Assembly: GCA_964572155.1 (NCBI GenBank)
Contig: CAZNDZ010000001.1
Coordinates: forward strand, 79,300 to 143,299
From: an uncultured Planctomycetales bacterium
GTDB lineage: Bacteria > Omnitrophota > Gorgyraeia > Zapsychrales > Fredricksoniimonadaceae
Length of the DNA stretch: 64,000 nucleotides
Direction: 5' to 3'
The notes under the pieces are model-generated. The model had not been told where the DNA came from, searched no databases, and worked only from the letters and a program-made list of their open reading frames with translations. The translations under genes and the position numbers were made by a program. Every line of letters begins with the position of its first letter. Within the stretch, counting starts at the first letter, position 1. Positions 60,263 through 64,000 of the stretch are shown in pieces.

Positions 60263-61702
60263 ATGTTGTTTAATTCATTCCAGTTTCTTGTTTTTTTTAT
60301 CCTTGTTTTCGGCGTCTACCTGTTATGCACCCACCGTTGGCAGAATCGGCTCTTGCTTGTAGCTAGCTGTATCTTTTACGCATCATGGAACTGGAAATTC
60401 CTTTTTCTCATGGTCTTATCTATAAGCAATAACTACATTTGCTGCTGGTTCATGGGTCGCACTGAACAACCAAAAATACGCAAGTTTCTGCTCATTATTA
60501 GCCTTGTTATTAGCGTTGCCATCCTTGGCGTTTTCAAATATTACAATTTCTTTGCTGAAAATGTCACCGCATTAGTCAATGTGTTTGCTACCAGAGAATA
60601 TGTGCCGGTTTTTCTAAATATAGCCCTGCCTTTGGGGATTTCTTTCTATACATTTGAAGCCATGAGTTATTCGATTGACGTCTACCGCCGCACCGTTAAA
60701 CCCGCTGGCACCTATTGGGATTACCTTTTATTCGTCATGTATTTCCCTCATTTGATTGCTGGTCCTATCATGAGATTTGGAAAATTTGTGCCACAAATCC
60801 TCAAAGAACGCGAAATCACGTGGCCCAAAATTCACGATGGGCTGTATCTAACTTTCCTCGGACTATTTCAAAAAATGTTTGTAGCGGATAATCTTGCCAA
60901 AATTGTCAATCCCGTCTTTGGTCAAAGTACTAACGCTAATGGCGTTGACATCCTAATTGCCATGTATGCGTTTGCCTTGCAAATCTTTAGTGATTTTGCT
61001 GGATATAGCAATATCGCCCGTGGATTAGGGATGATGATGGGATTTGACATCGCTGTCAACTTCAATACCCCATTCTTTTCAACCAATGTTCAAGAATTCT
61101 GGAACAGATGGCATGTTAGCTTAGGACATTGGGTGCGTGATTACATCTATATGCCCCTTTTGGGTGGCCTTAAGATCGTCAAGGGCAATGGCCGCATTTA
61201 CTTGGCTTTGATTATTTCCATGACCTTGGTGGGTTTCTGGCACGGAGCACAATGGAATTTCGTTATCTTTGGTATCTACTATGGGATTTTGTTATCCCTT
61301 TATATCAAATTTATCAAAATGAAGTACGCAAATTTAATTCTACCCAAAAGCGCTTGGGGTAAAGTCTTATGGTTTTGGACCCGTGTTATTTTTATCTTCC
61401 ATGTTACAATACTTGCGACAACGATTTTCCGCTGTCAAACCATCCCACAAGCCAAACATATCTTTGCTGGCCTAATAGGAAATTTTCATCTTGCATCCAT
61501 GCAACCTTCGCTATTTTACAAATTGATTGGATTTGGGGCGCCCTTGATGATCTTGCAATGGATGGAATACCACACCAATAACATTTTCTTCCTCTTTAAA
61601 TATAAAAAACCAATTACATATAGTATCTTAGCATTAATGTTGTGGATGCTAATATCGTGGGGATCCGTGCGTCACGAAGGATTTATTTACTTCATCTTCT
61701 AA
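60263..61702 (+). CDS. MBOAT-family membrane-bound O-acyltransferase (DltB/AlgI-like)
   Basis: 479 aa; at least 10 TM; conserved His regions EFWNRWHVSLGHWVRDY and FWHGAQWNF. Confidence 0.8.
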   Translation: MLFNSFQFLVFFILVFGVYLLCTHRWQNRLLLVASCIFYASWNWKFLFLMVLSISNNYICCWFMGRTEQPKIRKFLLIISLVISVAILGVFKYYNFFAENVTALVNVFATREYVPVFLNIALPLGISFYTFEAMSYSIDVYRRTVKPAGTYWDYLLFVMYFPHLIAGPIMRFGKFVPQILKEREITWPKIHDGLYLTFLGLFQKMFVADNLAKIVNPVFGQSTNANGVDILIAMYAFALQIFSDFAGYSNIARGLGMMMGFDIAVNFNTPFFSTNVQEFWNRWHVSLGHWVRDYIYMPLLGGLKIVKGNGRIYLALIISMTLVGFWHGAQWNFVIFGIYYGILLSLYIKFIKMKYANLILPKSAWGKVLWFWTRVIFIFHVTILATTIFRCQTIPQAKHIFAGLIGNFHLASMQPSLFYKLIGFGAPLMILQWMEYHTNNIFFLFKYKKPITYSILALMLWMLISWGSVRHEGFIYFIF

Positions 61703-61704
61703 TT

Positions 61705-63228
61705 ATGTGGAATAAACATTTAAAAGTTGATACAGCCTCTATTGATGCCTTCGCAAAACTCAGCGGTGACTACAATAGCCTGCACATGAATGACGAACAG
61801 GCGAGAACCTATTCTTACCGTCAACGCGTGGCACATGGCATGTTGGGTGTCGGTCTTCTAATTCATTGCCCCTTACTTCACAATCGTTCGATCAAGAAAA
61901 TTGCTGGGCGTTTTAACCGTCCTATTTTTATTAATGACGACATCACCTTGCAGGTGACACCAGCGAGTAATGATCTTTTGCAATTCTCGATCGATGCCCC
62001 ATCGCAATCACAGCCGATCATGTCAGGGCAATTAACCCTTGGCAATCCATGCCCTCAAACCACAACTGTTGATTCACGCGCCTTGATCGATATCAAGCTC
62101 ACGGAGAACACCTATACAATCGACGCATTATCCAGCGGCCTAAAAGAAAGCTTTCCTTTCACATTATCATCAAAACTTTCTACGCTTGCAAATAATGCGC
62201 AAGTTCCTTTAGAAATAATCCCTGTGCTTTTATCTTCCACCATGGTCGGCATGCGCCTGCCTGGGAAATTAGCTACCTATATAGATTTTAGTTTTGAATT
62301 CTTAAAAGAATTTCAACATGGTGCATCCTGTCAGATGGAAGCCACCGTTAATTTTGTTTCCTTGTCCGCCGGTGTGATGATTGTAACAGTGGATGTTTTA
62401 TGTGAATCAACAAAAATTGCGCAAGGCAAACTCACGGTTAAGGTACAAGAACCAAGCAAACCTCTGCCCTCTTTTAACACCATTAAATCATCCGATGGGT
62501 CCAGTGAATTAGCAAATAAAGTCGCGCTCATCACTGGTTCAAGCCGTGGCATTGGCGCAACCACCGCTCGATTATTGGCTGCTAAAGGAGCCCATGTTAT
62601 TGTGAATTTCCATTCAAGTCATACCTTGGCAAAAGCGGTTGTCGACGACATTATCGACAATGGCGGCAAAGCGTTTGCCATCCAAGCGGATGTGAGTAGC
62701 CCTTGCCAAGTCACAGCCATGTTTGAGAAAATTGCGCAAACATGCGGTGGGATTGATATCTTAATTAACAATGCCGTATCCGACGCATTGCCTCAACCAT
62801 TTCAAACATTATCTTGGGAAGATCTTCAGAAAGATATTGATGTGACCGTCAAAGGGGCTTTTTTATGCAGCAAAATTGCCGTCGATCAGATGATCCGACG
62901 TGGTGGTGGGCATATTGTTAATGTCAGCACTGCCTATACCCAAGAACCGCCACCGAGCATGACCAAATATGTTGTTTCCAAAAGTGGATTGGTTGGTTTA
63001 AGCAAAAGTATGGCTGTTGAACTCAAAGCTAAAAATATATGCGTCAATATGGTTGAACCAAGCTTAGTTGAAACAGATTTATCAAAAGCTATCCCGCCGA
63101 TCATTAAAGAGAAAATGCGCAAAGAACAACCCAACGGAAAATTCCCCTCAACGCTGGACGTGGCCAAAGCCATTGCCTCATTGGTGTGCCAAAACGCTCC
63201 AACAGGACAGACCGTCGCTGTTAAATGA
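61705..63228 (+). CDS. fusion: MaoC-like (hot-dog) dehydratase domain(s) plus C-terminal SDR (FabG-like reductase)
   Basis: N-terminal FAKLSGDYNSLHMNDEQAR...HGML (MaoC motif); C-terminal VALITGSSRGIGATTA, YVVSKSG; start set at MWNKHL just after the MBOAT stop. Confidence 0.65.
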   Translation: MWNKHLKVDTASIDAFAKLSGDYNSLHMNDEQARTYSYRQRVAHGMLGVGLLIHCPLLHNRSIKKIAGRFNRPIFINDDITLQVTPASNDLLQFSIDAPSQSQPIMSGQLTLGNPCPQTTTVDSRALIDIKLTENTYTIDALSSGLKESFPFTLSSKLSTLANNAQVPLEIIPVLLSSTMVGMRLPGKLATYIDFSFEFLKEFQHGASCQMEATVNFVSLSAGVMIVTVDVLCESTKIAQGKLTVKVQEPSKPLPSFNTIKSSDGSSELANKVALITGSSRGIGATTARLLAAKGAHVIVNFHSSHTLAKAVVDDIIDNGGKAFAIQADVSSPCQVTAMFEKIAQTCGGIDILINNAVSDALPQPFQTLSWEDLQKDIDVTVKGAFLCSKIAVDQMIRRGGGHIVNVSTAYTQEPPPSMTKYVVSKSGLVGLSKSMAVELKAKNICVNMVEPSLVETDLSKAIPPIIKEKMRKEQPNGKFPSTLDVAKAIASLVCQNAPTGQTVAVK

Positions 63229-63981
63229 TTATTTGCTTAAGATGCAGGCATAATTAATAGCTTCATCACGCATGCCTTTGGTATGATCTTTGAATGATGC
63301 GGGTAAGATTAATTCTGAATGAATCTTAAAATATTTACTTAACATGTCGGTTACTTCTTCAGCTGTATTAAACAAATAAATATGATCGACATTAGCTGCA
63401 AAGATGGCTGTTGTTAAGAATAATACGCCATCATCTTTGAGCATTGCTTTTAGTTTCACCAACAATTCTTCAGGTTTTTCCAAGTGTTCCAAAAGTTCGC
63501 CGCAGACAATCAAATCGTACACCGGTGTATTTGGCAAATCAAAAACATTGCTTGTTGAAATATTCATCTTCGAGGACAAACGTTGGCTCGATGTTAAAAA
63601 TCGTTTAGAAAAATCAACGGCAATTCCGCTAATATCAAAAGCATCAAGGCGATCAAATTTTAAATGTTCCTGCATATGATATACAAATATCCCATCGCCG
63701 ATTGGAACATCCATCACCCGCGACGCCTTGCCAAGTTTCTTAATAAAATCTAAAAAGTACGTGCCAAACTTATAATGATTAGGCCAAAAGATTTGCGTAT
63801 ACAATAACCCATGCATATAGGAAGGCATGATATCTTTATTAAGGTATACCTTGTCCAAGACATCTGAAAAAGATGAGCTGGCATATGAACCTGTTTTGAT
63901 GAGTTGATTTTGTAAGACAAGATACTCTAATGATAACTTGATAAAGCTATCTAAACCTGCCGTTGATTCCTTGCCATCCAT
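63229..63981 (-). CDS. class I SAM-dependent methyltransferase
   Basis: 250 aa; DISGIAVDF, DLIVCGELLEHLEKPEELL. Confidence 0.55.
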   Translation of the reverse strand: MDGKESTAGLDSFIKLSLEYLVLQNQLIKTGSYASSSFSDVLDKVYLNKDIMPSYMHGLLYTQIFWPNHYKFGTYFLDFIKKLGKASRVMDVPIGDGIFVYHMQEHLKFDRLDAFDISGIAVDFSKRFLTSSQRLSSKMNISTSNVFDLPNTPVYDLIVCGELLEHLEKPEELLVKLKAMLKDDGVLFLTTAIFAANVDHIYLFNTAEEVTDMLSKYFKIHSELILPASFKDHTKGMRDEAINYACILSK

Positions 63982-64000
63982 TTTCTGAATGTCAGTAATC

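Overview
Low-GC bacterial chromosomal window with about 50 genes, almost all on the minus strand. The first ~22 kb is ordinary housekeeping and accessory content. The most interesting part is a roughly 38-kb co-directional minus-strand gene array (60237 down to 22211). It carries ten paralogous large polytopic membrane proteins in two subfamilies, A (six full-length copies plus one truncated and one split copy) and B (three copies, tentatively YfhO/GT-C-like). The subfamily A copies share a C-terminal domain signature [AL]L[SIV]S[SG][FR]E.K.L..A.R.P.F[YF] ... Y.F.E ... Y.P...G.YL.A.KR that I cannot assign to a named family. Interleaved with them are three GT2-type genes (two read as polyprenol-phosphate sugar synthases), a Glf-like FAD mutase, a GMC oxidoreductase, three SDRs, an AsnB amidotransferase and five SAM methyltransferases (TylF-like, FkbM-like, class I), the last at 63229..63981. 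The 59-63 kb end holds an FkbH-like/DltD-like/MBOAT/MaoC-SDR acylation module with MBOAT and MaoC-SDR encoded divergently on the plus strand. I read this as a large, apparently undescribed envelope-glycan (possibly furanose-containing, methylated, amidated, acylated) assembly system. The housekeeping genes are mnmE(partial)-folC-purH-rpsU, era, nth, pabB/pabC and an aminotransferase. The accessory content is a phage-like ORF6N gene, a hicAB pair between pabB and pabC, a kamA plus ATP-grasp pair, and a secreted Cys-rich protein with a thrombospondin-type-1-like WxxWxxC motif. No rRNA, tRNA, CRISPR or IS elements were recognised.
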